Below are positions 1 to 13,200 of a stretch of DNA of 64,000 bases, piece after piece. Each line of letters starts with the position of its first letter. Positions within the stretch are counted from its first letter, which is position 1. This DNA comes from Eledone cirrhosa (lineage: Eukaryota), in assembly GCA_964016885.1 (NCBI GenBank), contig OZ024752.1:21452001-21516000 (forward strand), written 5' to 3'. The position numbers and the translations under genes were made by a program. The notes under the pieces are model-generated. The model saw only the letters and a program-made list of their open reading frames with translations, made no database searches and was not told the origin of the DNA.

Positions 1-174
1 CCAAAATATACGGTAGTGTCCAATCCGTATGAAGAATGCAATGTAATCCAAATATCATGAAAAGAGATGTATTCAAAAATTTTTTCGATGAAAGTCACAG
101 GAAAACAGAGTCAAGATAAATTGATAAAAACAACGAATAAAAACAAAGAAACAGTTCTTTATATTAAAAAATTC

Positions 175-310
175 ATCATTTTACGATCGTTTCTAGGATA
201 TATATGTGTGTGTGTTGGTATGTATATCATATACATCTATGTAAAAATTTTACAAACTATCAGAGGGAATATACATACCTACACATATATATGCTGTCTT
301 CAGAAATAAT
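175..310 (-). ncRNA. Type I hammerhead motif with ~100-nt extended stem II
   Basis: Minus strand reads ATTATTT-CTGAAGA-[long hairpin, e.g. ATATATATGTGT/ACACATATATAT]-GAAA-CGATCG-TA-AAATGAT. The first pair of stem II is a C.A mismatch. Confidence 0.65.
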
Positions 311-590
311 TGCATTACTGGTACTTTATTTTATCGACCCCGTAAGGATGAAAGGCAAAGTCAACCTCGGCGGGATTTGAACTCAGATCGTAAAGGGACG
401 TAACTATGCTGGAAAGCATGGCGTCCGACCCTCTACCGATACTGCCAATCAGAAATAATTGTTTCTACGTTTGGCACAAGGCCAGCAATTACCCAGTGCA
501 TTACTGGTACTTTATTTTATCGACCCTCTAAGGATGAAAGGCAAAGTTATCCTCGGCGGGATTTGAACTCAGAATGGCAAGGACCGTAAT
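310..590 (-). mobile_element. Two tandem tRNA-derived SINE copies with a Nin-like central domain
   Basis: B-box-like GAGTTCAAATCCC followed by GACTTTGCCTTTCATCCTTACGGGGTCGATAAAATAAAGTACCAG on the minus strand. Confidence 0.8.
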
Positions 591-2256
591 TCCACTACTG
601 GAATTTCAGAAGGAATACTTGACCAGAAATACATGTAGTAATCTATTCGACATTACTATGGGCTCTAGTGATTCTGCCCAAATTACCGATCTTGTGGGCC
701 TCTTTCTTCTATTTAACATAAATGCTTCTTTTCCCCACCTTAAAGGTGGTTTATATCGTGATGACTGTCTTTTTCTTTCCACTAACTTTAGCCTATCAGA
801 AATTGGAAAAAATAAAAAACTTATTAGAACTTTCCTCAAAGACTATTATAGTCTCACTATTACATTTGAAAAGACCAGTAAAGTAGTTAATTTTCTTGAT
901 ATAACTTTAGACTTATCTACGGGTATCTACCAACCTTACCATAAACCTAACCAAAACTTACATTACATACACTCACAATCCAATCACTCTGATCTATCCT
1001 TAAAAACCTAGCATATAATATCTCACTCAGAATTTCTAACCTTTCATCTAACCAGGGTGTATTCGATAAAAATGCGACCTTTTATAACGAAGCTTTAGCT
1101 AGAAGCGGCTACAAAAACAAATTAGTATATATACCTTGTACCAATAATACTTCAAACATACAACCCAATATTGCCAACAAACACCAAATGAAAAATACAC
1201 ACCTAAATGCCACTCACACTACACCCAAAAATACCAACCTAAAACTTAATTTCTCTACCTCTTCTCACATACAATATAATAAATTTCAAAAAACCATCCA
1301 TCCTAATACTCCAATATATGTCAATAACATTACTAACAAAATTCCTAATAATCAGGCTAAAACACCTAAATCAGTGAATCTAACTAAACATATGTATAAT
1401 AAATTCACTAATATTAACTCTCTTAGTAAACATCAGGATACATCGTATACAAATAAAAAACAGCATCGAAACCGTAATAGACGAGTTACTTGGTATAATG
1501 CTCCATTTAATCTACAAATTAAAGATAATATCCCTAAAATCTTTTTTTACTATCCTAGAGAAAAACTTCCCGCCAAACCATAAATACCATCAAATTTTAA
1601 ATAGATCAACGGTCAAATTCTCCTACTCCACTACCAAAAATATACAACAAAATATAAGTGCCTACAATGCATATAAATGTAAAAAAAACCCATGAATATA
1701 CCACCAATACATCAAACTAACCATAATACTAAAATAAACCACAGCAAACCACCATCTCCTTCACATACAAGTCGAGTAAATTCCACACCTAATTTGACTA
1801 ACTCTCCTGATATAATATTCACGAAAGGTTGTAACTGCAGAAACAAAGCAAATTGCCCATTAAAAGGAAATTGCCTTATTAATAACATAGTATATAAATG
1901 TAAAATTAGCACTAAGGACTCAACTTATTCATATATAGGAGCTACTTCTAACCAATTTAAAGTAAGATTTAATACCCACAAACACAGTTTTTAAAAATGC
2001 CACATTAGCTAATACAACATCCTTGGCTGAAATAATTAATAATTATAGAAAAAAGAATATCGATTATAACCTGACCTGGAGTGTGCTCAAAAGGGCCACC
2101 CCTTATCAAAATAACAGATATGAGTGTAGATTATGTTCCCAGGAACTTTTTGAAATAATGAAATCTAAGGATATCCTATTAAATAAGCGACAAGAATTAA
2201 TTATATCGTGCAATCATAGAATTAGAAGAACTTTCAAATATTATAAACCTAATTAA
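590..2256 (+). pseudogene. Decayed PLE reverse transcriptase / GIY-YIG endonuclease ORF
   Basis: Fragments [49 protein letters not shown]...YIG and CRLC...LLNKRQE...CNH are split by frameshifts and stops. Close paralogue of 60003-62087. Confidence 0.92.
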
Positions 2257-3002
2257 TATACACTTATATTTTACAAATTATTATAATTATTATTATTATT
2301 ATTGTTTTTTTTTCTAATTTAGTTAACCTATAATTAGTATTTTACTATTGAGAACTTCATAATGTTATTTCCCTTTTACAGCTATCTTTTCCTAGAATTA
2401 ATACCTATAAGTATACATATAAACTATTTTAATTTCCGGTTATGAATCTAAATTTCTTGTAGTCTATATAAGTTTGTTATTTCTCACTAATACATTTATC
2501 CCCCCAAAATTTTTTTTCCTTCGTTTTTAACAACATTTTTTTAATAACATCTAACTCTTATTTATCACATCTATATGAATTAATATAAATTTATCCCTAT
2601 AAATATACCTATCAATTAAATTAATTTAATTTCTTTTTATAGATCTAAATTCCTTATGTTTTAAATAAGATTGATATTTCTCACTAACACATTTATCCTA
2701 AAATGTTATTCTCCTTCGATTTTAACATTAACATTATTCTTTAATAACATCAAATTTTCGTGTACCTTTCACCGACTTGACCTCTTTTCATCCCCAAAGT
2801 TAATCTTTTCATTCAAAATATTCTTTTCATTCAAAACTGAAGTCTGCATTCCTCTACCCCTAAATTAAATTTCTACTACTACTATTCTATCAACTTGAAC
2901 ACTTACTACTTTTCTATTGGTCAATTCAAAACCTGTTCCCAAACAGACCTATTATATTAAATCTTTGTTGGTTTTTTTTCAATAAACAAATATCATTATT
3001 TC

Positions 3003-3098
3003 CGAGGTTGACTTTGCCTTTCATCCTTACGGGGTCGATAAAATAAAGTACCAGTAATGCACTGGGTAATTGCTGGCCTTGTGCCTAAAGTAGAAACA
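3003..3098 (+). mobile_element. 5'-truncated Nin-like SINE inside the PLE 3' end
   Basis: Same body as 310-590. Flanked by the direct repeat ATTATTTC (2995-3002 and 3099-3106). Confidence 0.75.
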
Positions 3099-3234
3099 AT
3101 TATTTCTGAAGACAGCATATATATGTGTAGGTATGTATATTCCCTCTGATAGTTTGTAAAATTTTTACATAGATCTATATGATATACATACCAACACACA
3201 CACATATATATCCTAAAAACGATCGTAAAATGAT
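3099..3234 (+). ncRNA. Hammerhead motif, family A, core mutated (GAAA to AAAA)
   Basis: Mirror of 175-310 with CCTA-AAAA-CGATCG-TA. Confidence 0.55.
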
Positions 3235-3390
3235 GAATTTTTTAATATAAGGAACTGTTTCTTTGTTTTTATTCATTGTTTTTATCAATTTATATATATA
3301 TATAAATCTATATATACATATGCACATGTACACAAATACACACACTCCCAGATATATATATTGAGTGAGTGTGAAAGACTAAAGGTCATT

Positions 3391-3580
3391 GGTGGATTGA
3401 CAGTATTGGTAGAGGGTCGGACGCGATGCTTTCCAGCATAGAGTTACGCCCCTTTACGGACTAAGTTCAAATCTCTCCAAAGTGAACTTTGCCTTTCATC
3501 CTTACGGGGTCAATAGAATAAAGTACCAGTAATGTACTGGGTAATTGTTGGCCTTGTCCCAAAAGTAGAAGCAATTATTG
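3391..3580 (+). mobile_element. Full-length Nin-like tRNA SINE
   Basis: tRNA-like head, GCCTTTCATCCTTACGGGGTC body, and a tail ending AATTATT. Confidence 0.75.
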
Positions 3581-3908
3581 AAAGTCTCTGGTTTTCACTG
3601 ATGTACTTTTTGAAAATGTTATTTATTCATTATAAAAATTAAATGATAGCATTCTATATGTGCCCTTCATCTCCTGGCACCATATTTAGACCCAGTCCGA
3701 CACTGTATATATATTATTTGTAAATAGCTATTAAGACTATCGTCTTGTCCTTTGCCCATTTGTTACTGTCCCTTGGGCACTAGAACCAGGCGTTTTGACC
3801 TTAAAGCACCGAAATAATGTATGTCTAGCTGTCAACCGATGTGATGGGACTGCTGTCTGTATTTATTCATTTTCCTGTCTTCTTCACTAATATTTTTTAT
3901 TCATTATA

Positions 3909-4440
3909 TCATCATCATCATCATTTAACATCCATCTTCCATGCTAGCATGGGTTAGACGGTTTTGTTCCATTTGATGCGGGAATGATCGGTAGACCGTG
4001 TCTCACTCGCATGGAAGCGTCTCTGGCAGGTTCTTTTATTACAGCTGGATGCCCTTCCTAACACCAACCACATTTTCAGTGTGGATTGGGAGCCTTTTTA
4101 CCGTGTCTCCTACACGGCCACCTTACAGTGTGGACTGTTGTGTCATCGACACAGTGGACAGAATGGGAGAGGGGGGATGGGGTAGGGTGTGGCGGTGGGG
4201 TGTACATATGAGTTAAGAGGTACCTATTGACTGTAGGTTTGTATGCAATGGTAGTTGGGTCTTCTGTACAACTGCATGGCGCCAAAGGTCTCGATCCAGT
4301 GTCATTGTCTTAGAGAGGTGTAGGTGGGCAAGGTCAGTTTTTATCACCTCATCCCACGTTTTTCTTGGTCTACCCACTCCGCAGCTTCCATCAATTTTCA
4401 TTGCCCGGCACTTTTTTATACAGCTGCGTCCTCCATACGC
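3909..4440 (-). mobile_element. RTE-clade LINE 3' end with long 3' UTR and (ATG)n tail
   Basis: ORF end GRPRKTWDEVIKTDL. The UTR contains TTAGGAAGGGCATCCAGCTGTA and CCCATGCTAGCATGG. Confidence 0.85.
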
Positions 4441-4586
4441 TTGTTGGCGTTGGTGGTGATGGTGGTGGTAGTGTTGGTGTTAGTGGTGATGGTGGTGGTG
4501 GTGGTATATTGTCATGGTGGCGGTGGCAGTGTTGGTGTTGATTGTGGTGATGGTGTTGGTGGTGTTGGTGGTGATGGTAGTGGTGC

Positions 4587-4617
<31 letters not shown>

Positions 4618-5004
4618 GATGACATGGGAGAAGGATGTTGTGATGGTGATGTTATTGTCATGATGGTGGAGGTGATGTTAATGCTGTCGTGGTCGTAGTG
4701 GCATTGGTTCGTTCTCTCTGTCCTACTAAGTGCAGCACTTGCATTAGCAGCGTTGTTATGGTGTTGGTGGTGTTGTCATGGTGGTGTTGGTGGTGTTGTC
4801 ATGGTGGTGTTGGTGGTGTTGTCATGGTGGTGTTGGTGGTGTTGTCATGGTGGTGGTGATGTTAATAATGGAGGTGATGTTAATGATGTTGGTGGTGATG
4901 GTGATGTTGGTCATGTTAATGTTGGTGGTGGTGTTAGAGATGGTGTTGATGGTGGTGATGATAATGATGGTGATGGTGAGGATGGTGATGTTAATGGTGG
5001 TTTG
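4441..5004. repeat. (GGT/GAT/GTT)n low-complexity tract
   Basis: Imperfect trinucleotide repeat. Confidence 0.9.
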
Positions 5005-5014
5005 ATGAAGGTAA

Positions 5015-6157
5015 CAATTGTGAGAGCAGTGCAAGCCATGTATAGAGGAGCTGTCAGTAATGTGAGAGTAAGAAGCGAGTTTATTGAGGAATTCAAGTAG
5101 GAGTTCATCAGGGTTTGGTTCTTAGCCCACTGCTGTTCATCATAGTTTTCCAGGCCATAACAGAGGAGTTTAAAACTGGCTGTCCATGGGAACTTCTCTA
5201 TGCAAATAATTTGGTCCTTATAGCTGAATCCATAAAAGAACTAGAAACTAAGTTCCAGCTATGGAAACAGAATTTGGAATCAAAAGGTCTGAAAGCAAAC
5301 TTAGCCAAAACTAAGGTGCTGGTGAGTAGGAGAGAAGATAGGACCCTGATGCTCAATATGTAGAAAAGGAGTAGGTATAAAATCCATAGAGCGTACACAA
5401 TGTAAATGTTGGGTACACAAGAGATGTAGTGGGATAACAGGTTAACTAACAGGAAGGAAAGACTTTGTATATAAAAGATGGACAAAGATAGTCAGGGGAA
5501 GAGCATCAGTGATATAAATCTTTTCAAGTCACAGGAAGGGTCCATAGAAGTGGTTGATAGCTTCTGCTATCTAGGTGACTTAATTAGCAGTGGAAGAGGG
5601 TGCTCTGAGAGCATACTAGCCAGAATAAGGATAATATGGAAAAAGTTTAGAGAGCTACTTCTACTGTTGACTACAAAAGGCTTCTCCCTACACACAAAAG
5701 GATGACTGTATGACGCCTGTTTGTGAAGTGTGGTGCTGCATGGTAGTGAAACGTGGGCAGTGACTGCAGAAGACATGCGTAGACTGGTAAGAAATGAAGC
5801 AACCATGCTTCGTTGGATGTACAATGTAAGTGTGAGAGAAAGGCAGATCTTGGACAAGCTGTGGAAGAAGCTGGGTTTAAGAGGAATCTGAGTTGGTGTG
5901 CAGGAGAAAAGATTGCATTGGTATGGACATGTGATGTGCATGGATGAGGAAATGCCAGGAAATGCCAGTGGAAGGAAGCTGCAGTAGAGGTAGACCAAGA
6001 AAGACCAAGGCAGAGGTTGTGAGAGCTGATCTCAATTCACTGAGACTCACAGAGGAGATGACGAAGAAACGCGGCGAGTGGAGAGATGCTGTGATGAGAA
6101 AGACTCATCTAACCCATGCAAGCATGGAAAAATGGACATAAAAATGATGATGATGAT
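5015..6157 (+). mobile_element. Decayed RTE LINE (RT C-terminal half)
   Basis: LSPLLF, WELLYA(DD), FCYLGD, HGSETW and GRPRKT motifs with stops; (ATG)n tail. Confidence 0.92.
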
Positions 6158-7074
6158 GTGTGTATCTAAATGTACATTTACATGGACTTCCTAATCTAGT
6201 TATCTAGACACACTTACAAAAAAATGCATGCACACACACACATACACATATAGACATACATTTACATAAACCCACCATTCCATGCATTTAAACACACACA
6301 CACACACATATTGTAAAATTTAAATCTGCTTAAATTAAGTAGTAGTCCCTTTTCAATTTGACCTCTCATGACCACCATCACCACATATACCCCATACCAC
6401 CTGATACACCCACCACCACTGTCCCTATAATTACTATCAACACTATTTCTATGATCCTCCCACCACTACCACTGCCATTTTCAGCATTATCCCCATGTCA
6501 CCACTTATTGTTCAGAAGATTAAAGAAGTGTGACACAGTAAGCTAGAGGACTGAAGAATGGTGGTGGTGGTGGTGGTGGTGGTGATGATTGTGTTCGTAG
6601 TGGTGGTCGTTGTAGTGGTGATGGTGGTGGTTGTGGCAGTAGTGATGGTGCCAGTGATGATTATGGTGGTTGTAGTGGTGGTGGGAGTGATGGCAGCAGT
6701 GGTGGTGGTGGTGGTGGAAGGAAGTATAATGAGAAAGTGAAGTGTTGTGAGAGGTGACAATTCACTGTGGTTTAGTTGACACTAAATCCATGAGTGAATG
6801 TTCAACACTACATCACTGTTGTTGTTGCACACATGCAGAACGGCTGCATCTCAATCTCTGTATTACTGCACCTGCAATATATGACTACTTATCTGCACAA
6901 CTAGAATGGCAAAAGAATTTTCATCTTGAATAATGGTACCAGCATCTGTGAGTCTTACATGAAAATTGCATCAATACAGTTGGAATTATTGTGAAATTCT
7001 GGTAGATTCTTTAATGTTGGCTTCTTGATTGTGTGCTGCCTCGCTGTGGTGAATGGAAACAATGAATTACAAAC

Positions 7075-8310
7075 AAAACAACCACAACACAACAGTCACT
7101 ATATAACAACGGCTATAAATACAACCACAAACACAACAACAACCACAACCACCACAACTACAACACAACAACAAATATTAGAACAACCATAACACAACTA
7201 CAACAAGCACAACACAACTACAGCAACCACCACAGCTACAACACAACCACAACACTACAGCAACCACCACAGCTACAACACAACCACAACATTACAACAA
7301 CCACCACAGCTACAACACAACCACAACACTACAACATAACCACAACACTACAGCAACCACCACAGCTACAACACAACCACAACACTACAACAACCACCAC
7401 AGCTACAACACAACCACAACACTACAACATAACCACAACACTACAGCAACCACCACAGCTACAACACAACCACAACACTACAACAACCACCACAGCTACA
7501 ACACAACCACAACACACAACAATCACCACAACTACAACACAACCAGCACAGCTAAAAAAAAACCACAACACAATCACAACCACCGCACCCACAACACAAA
7601 GTAACCACCACAACACAACATAACCACCACAACACAACATAACAACCACAACACAACATAACCACCACAACACAACATAAAAACCACAACACAACATAAC
7701 AACCACAACACAACATAACCACCACAACACAACATAACAACCACAACACAACATAACCACCACAACACAACATAACAACCACAACACAACATAACAACCA
7801 CAACACAACATAACCACCACAACACAACATAACCACCACAACACAACATAACCACCACAACACAACATAACAACCACAACACAACATAACAACCACAACA
7901 CAACATAACAACCACAACACAACATAACCACCACAACACAACATAACAACCACAACACAACATAACAACCACAACACAACATAACCACCACAACACAACA
8001 TAACCACCACAACACAACATAACCACCACAACACAACATAACCACCACAACACAACATAACAACCACAACACAACATAACAACCACAACACAACATAACC
8101 ACCACAACACAACATAACAACCACAACACAACATAACCACCACAACACAACGTAACCACCACAACACAATATAACCACCACAACACAACATAACCACCAC
8201 AACACAACATAACCACCACAACACAACATAACAACCACAACACAACATAACAACCACAACACAACATAACCACCACAACCACAACAGAGTACAACAACAG
8301 ACACAACCAC
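7075..8310. repeat. C/A-rich minisatellite; 19-bp unit CAACACAACATAAC(C/A)ACCA from ~7610
   Basis: Tandem units are directly visible. Confidence 0.95.
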
Positions 8311-9493
8311 AAATACTAGAAAAACAATGGTAATAGCAAAAGTCTCACCAATTCAAATCAGAATTATTGCAACTTAAGTAAAAAACAACCTTTATATGAA
8401 ACTGAAATTGTTTGAGTGACAACAACAGCTTGATCTAAGTTGCATTGCCATAATTTCAATATTAACAGGAGTGCATCATCACCATCATCACCATGTTTGT
8501 TTTTCTATGCTTGAATAAGTTAGACAAATACTTTCCAGTACAGCATTTCTCCACTTGTCTCTTTCTTTTGCCCTCTCCTTTGTGAGGTCAGTATTCACCA
8601 CCTCAGCTCACATTTTTCTTAGTCTTCCTCTTTCTTGGCTTCCTTCCTCTTGGATTTCTGAGCACCACTTACATACAATTATCACTGCATTTCAAATGAC
8701 AACAGCTGCAATTGGAAATATCTCCTGGTAAAAGCTGGTAAAACTGCATGTGTTATATCTTCAGTGACAAGTTCTTAACATCACCCTGATCAAACTATCA
8801 CAATACAATTTAAACAACAACAATAAGAGAACTTTCTTCTGTTTAAAACTATATAAACCACACCATTGAAACTTGATTGACAAAACTCAACTGGCATTTC
8901 TCTTGTCAACCACCTCAAACTTGTGTGACAACAACTTCAACAGACAAACTGCAACAAGACAGCAACAAAAATGGAATAGAAGTGCAATAGGGCTGCAACA
9001 GAACTGCAATAGGGCTGCAACAGAACTGCAAACTTCTAACAAACAAGGTAAATATTATTCTTCAGTCTCAAAATATTCTAAATGTAAGTAAAATAGGTTT
9101 TAATCATACAATCAACAATTCAAACTCCACCAACCTAATGCTGATGCAACCCTCTTTCTCTTTCCATTAGTCACAACCTTGATGTTCTGCTGGATCAAAG
9201 GAGTGAAAATTGAGTGGGGTCGAGAGGGTGTCTGTGTCTGCTCAAGACTGTATGGACACCTAAAACCCTTAGCAAAATCATGATACATACTACAAAATCA
9301 TACTTAATTGCAAGTTATTGCAGTAGTTATGAACACACGCACACATATATATGTGTACACACACTCATACACAGATATACATACACAAACACACACACAT
9401 ATATACATACACATGCACAAACACACATACAATTGTATTTCTAGGCACATAGAGCACATATATTGCGTATATATATATATATATATATATACG

Positions 9494-9978
9494 CTTGAGA
9501 TCGGTGTAGAAGTCGGACCTTCGTAGAGACCTGAAAGTCCGCCTCTTCATTGCTGTAGTGGAGTCTGTGCTGCTGTACGGGTCTGAGACTTGGACACTGA
9601 CCAAGAAACTCACTCAGATGGTGGATGAGTGCTACACGAGAATGCTGAGGATGGCTCTGAACATTAATCAGTATACACTGAGGATGAAGAACTCAGAGCT
9701 GTATGGGAGCCTCCCAAAAGTCAGCTCAAAAGTGACACAGAGGAGACTGAGGTTAGCTGGACATGCTCACCGACATGCAGAGTTGACACTGCACTCAGTG
9801 CTCTTGTGGGAGCCCCTACATGGACACACTGGAAGAGGAAGACCAAGGTTAACGTATGTTGATGCCCTAAGGACAGACACTGGTCTGTTGGACACGCAGG
9901 ACATGGCAGCGATAATGAGGGACAGAGACCGCTGGAGAGAACTCGTCCATGGATCTCGGGAATTTTACCCGCCTTAGA
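9494..9978 (+). mobile_element. RTE-like LINE 3' fragment (different family)
   Basis: ESVLLYGSETWTL, RMLRMALNI, RRLRLAGH, GRGRPRLTYVD; (TA)n on both sides. Confidence 0.88.
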
Positions 9979-10289
9979 ATAGAAAAAATATATATATATA
10001 CACACATACACACACAATATACATATATATATCATCATCGTCACTGTTCAATGCGTCAGACAGAGCGTCTACGTTATGAAGCAAGCCTGGCCAGCTGGCC
10101 GTGCTGTACTTGCTCACATGGAACAGTGTTTTGGCAGTTTACAGCTGGATGCTCTTCCTAACACCAACCTCATTTACAGTGGTTGCTATTGTACACAATA
10201 TACATACATGCACACACACACACACACATATATATATATAAATTCATATTCTATAACTATATAAATGTATATATATATATATATATAAT

Positions 10290-13200
10290 GTTTGTAGTGA
10301 GGTGGTGGTGGTGGTGGTGGTGGTGTTTGATACACTGTAGTAAGGTGGTGATAGTGGTGGTGGTGATGGTGTTAGTGGTGTTTGATACAATGTAGTGTGG
10401 TGGTGGTGGTGGTGGTGGTGGTGTTTGATACAATGTAGTGAGGTGGTGATAGTGGTGGTGGTGGTGTTTGATACAATGTAGTGAGGTGTTGGTGGTGGTG
10501 GTGATGTTGGTGGTGTTTGATACAATGTAGTGTGGTGGTGGTGGTGGTGTTGGTGGTGTTTGATACAATGTAGTGAGGTGGTGGTGATGGTGTTGGTGGT
10601 GTTTGATACAATGTAGTGAGGTGGTGGTGGTGGTGGTGGTGGAGTTTGATACAATGTAGTGACGTGGTGGTGGTGTTGGTGGTGTTTGATACAATGTAGT
10701 GAGGTGGTGATGGTGTGGTGGTGTTTGATACAATGTAGTGAGGTGGTGGTGGTGGTGGTGGTGTTTGATACAATGTAGTGAGGTGGTGGTGGTGGTGGTG
10801 GTGTTTGATTCAATGTAGTGAGTAGGTGGTGGTGTTGGTGGTGTTTGATTCAATGTAGTGAGGTGGTGGTGGTGTTGGTGGTGTTTGATTCAATGTAGTG
10901 AGTAGGTGGTGGTGGTGGTGGTGGTGTTGGTGGTGGCGGTGTTTGATACAATGTAGTGAGGTGGTGGTGGTGGTGGTGGTGGTGGTGGTGGTGTTTGATA
11001 CAATGTAGTGTGGTGGTAGTGGTGTTGGTGGTGTTTGATACAATGTAGTGTGGTGGTAGTGGTGTTGGTGGTGTTTGATACAATGTAGTGAGGTGGTGGT
11101 GGTGGTGGTGGTGTTTGATACAATGTAGTGAGGTGGTGGTGGTGGTGTTTGATACGATGTAGTGAGGTGGTGGTGGTGTTGATACAATGTAGTGAGGTGT
11201 TGGTGGTGGTGGTGGTGGTGTTTGATACAATGTATTGAGGTGGTGGTGGTGGTGTTTGATAGAATGTAGTGAGGTGGTGGTGGTGGTGGTGTTGGTGGTG
11301 TTTGATACAATGTAGTGAGGTGGTGGTGGTGGTGTTTGATACGATGTAGTGAGGTGGTGGTGGTGTTGGTGGTGTTTGATACAATGTAGTGAGGTGTTGG
11401 TGGTGGTGGTGGTGTTTAATATAATGTATTGAGGTGGTGGTGGTGGTGTTTGATACAATGTAGTGAGGTGGTGGTGGTGGTGTTTGATACGATGTAGTGA
11501 GGTGGTGGTGGTGGTGTTTGATACGATGTAGTGAGGTGGTGGTGGTGGTGTTTGATACGATGTAGTGAGGTGGTGGTGGTGTTGATACAATGTAGTGAGG
11601 TGTTGGTGGTGGTGGTGGTGTTTGATACAATGTATTGAGGTGGTGGTGGTGGTGTTTGATACAATGTAGTGAGGTGGTGGTGGTGTTGGTGGTGTTTGAT
11701 ACAATGTATTGAGGTGGTGGTGGTGGTGTTTGATACAATGTATTGAGGTGGTGGTGGTGGTGTTTGATACAATGTAATGAGGTGTTGGTGGTGTTGGTGG
11801 TGTTTGATACAATGTAGTGAGGTGGTGGTGGTGTTTGATACAATGTAGTGTGGTGGTGGTGGTGGTGTTTGATACAATGTATTGAGGTGGTTGTGGTGGT
11901 GTTTGATACAATGTAGTGAGGTGTTGGTGGTGGTGGTGTTTGATACAATGTAGTGAGGTGGTGTTGGTGGTGTTTGATACAATGTATTGAGGTGGTGGTG
12001 GTGGTGTTGATGGTGTTTGATACAATGTAGTGAAGTGGTGGTGGTGGTGTTTGATACAATGTAGTGAGGTGGTGGTGTTTGATACAATGTAGTGAGGTGG
12101 TGGTGGTGGTGTTTGATACAATTTAGTGTGGTGGTGGTGGTGCTGTTTGATACAATGTATTGAGGTGGTTGTGGTGGTGTTTGATACAATGTAGTGAGGT
12201 GGTGGTGGTGGTGTTTGATACAATGTAGTGAGGTGGTGGTGGTGTTGGTGGTGTTTGATACAATGTAGTGAGGTGGTGGTGGTGGTGGTAGTGTTTGATA
12301 CAATGTAGTGAGGTGGTGGTGGTGGTGTTTGATACAATGTAGTGAGGTGGTGGTGGTGTTTGATACAATGTAGTGTGGTGGTGGTGGTGGTGTTTGATAC
12401 AATGTATTGAGGTGGTCGTGGTGGTGGTGTTTGATACAATGTAGTGAGGTGGTGTTGATGGTGTTTGATACAATGTAGTGAGGTGGTGGTGGTAGTGTTT
12501 GATACAATGTAGTGAGGTGGTGGTGGTGGTGTTTGATACAATGTAGTGAGGTGGTGGTGGTGATGTTTGATACAATGTATTGAGGTGGTTGTGGTGGTGT
12601 TTGATACAATGTAATGAGGTGGTGGTGGTGGTGTTTGATACAATGTAGTGAGGTGGTGGTGGTGCTGTTTGATACAATGTATTGAGGTGGTTGTGGTGGT
12701 GTTTGATACAATGTAGTGAGGTGGTGGTGGTGGTGTTTGATACACTGTAGTGAGGTGGTGGTGGTGCTGTTTGATACAATGTATTGAGGTGGTTGTGGTG
12801 GTGTTTGATACAATGTAGTGAGGTGGTGGTGGTGGTGTTTGATACAATGTAGTGAGGTGGTGGTGGTGGTGTTGGTGGTGTTTGATACAATGTAGTGAGG
12901 TGGTGGTGGTGGTAGTGTTTGATACAATGTAGTGAGGTGGTGGTGGTGGTGTTTGATACAATGTATTGAGGTGGTGGTGGTGGTGTTTGATACAATGTAG
13001 TGAGGTGTTGGTGGTGTTGGTGGTGTTTGATACAATGTATTGAGGTGGTGGTGGTGGTGTTTGATACAATGTAGTGAGGTGGTGGTGGTGGTGGTGTTTG
13101 ATACAATGTATTGAGGTGGTGGTGGTGGTGTTTGATACAATGTAGTGAGGTTGTGGTGGTGGAGTTTGATACAATGTAGTGAGGTGTTGGTGGTGGTGGT

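Larger units (their letters stand above)
1..3293 (+). mobile_element. Penelope-like element family A (YRDD/CxCx5C type), 5'-truncated, with an inverted 3'-end copy upstream
   Basis: Frameshifted RT-GIY-YIG at ~590-2256. Positions 116-369 are the reverse complement of ~3002-3293. The right end abuts (TA)n and the left arm runs off the window. Confidence 0.85.

Noticed and set aside
7422-8312. Cys/Val-rich ORFs
   Set aside because: Translations of a 19-bp minisatellite.
9177-9260. Possible minus-strand host exon (AG..CPYSLEQTQTPSRPHSIFTPLIQQNIK..GT); a similar candidate lies near 6955-7045
   Set aside because: Short, with weak splice evidence and no recognisable protein. It needs RNA-seq.
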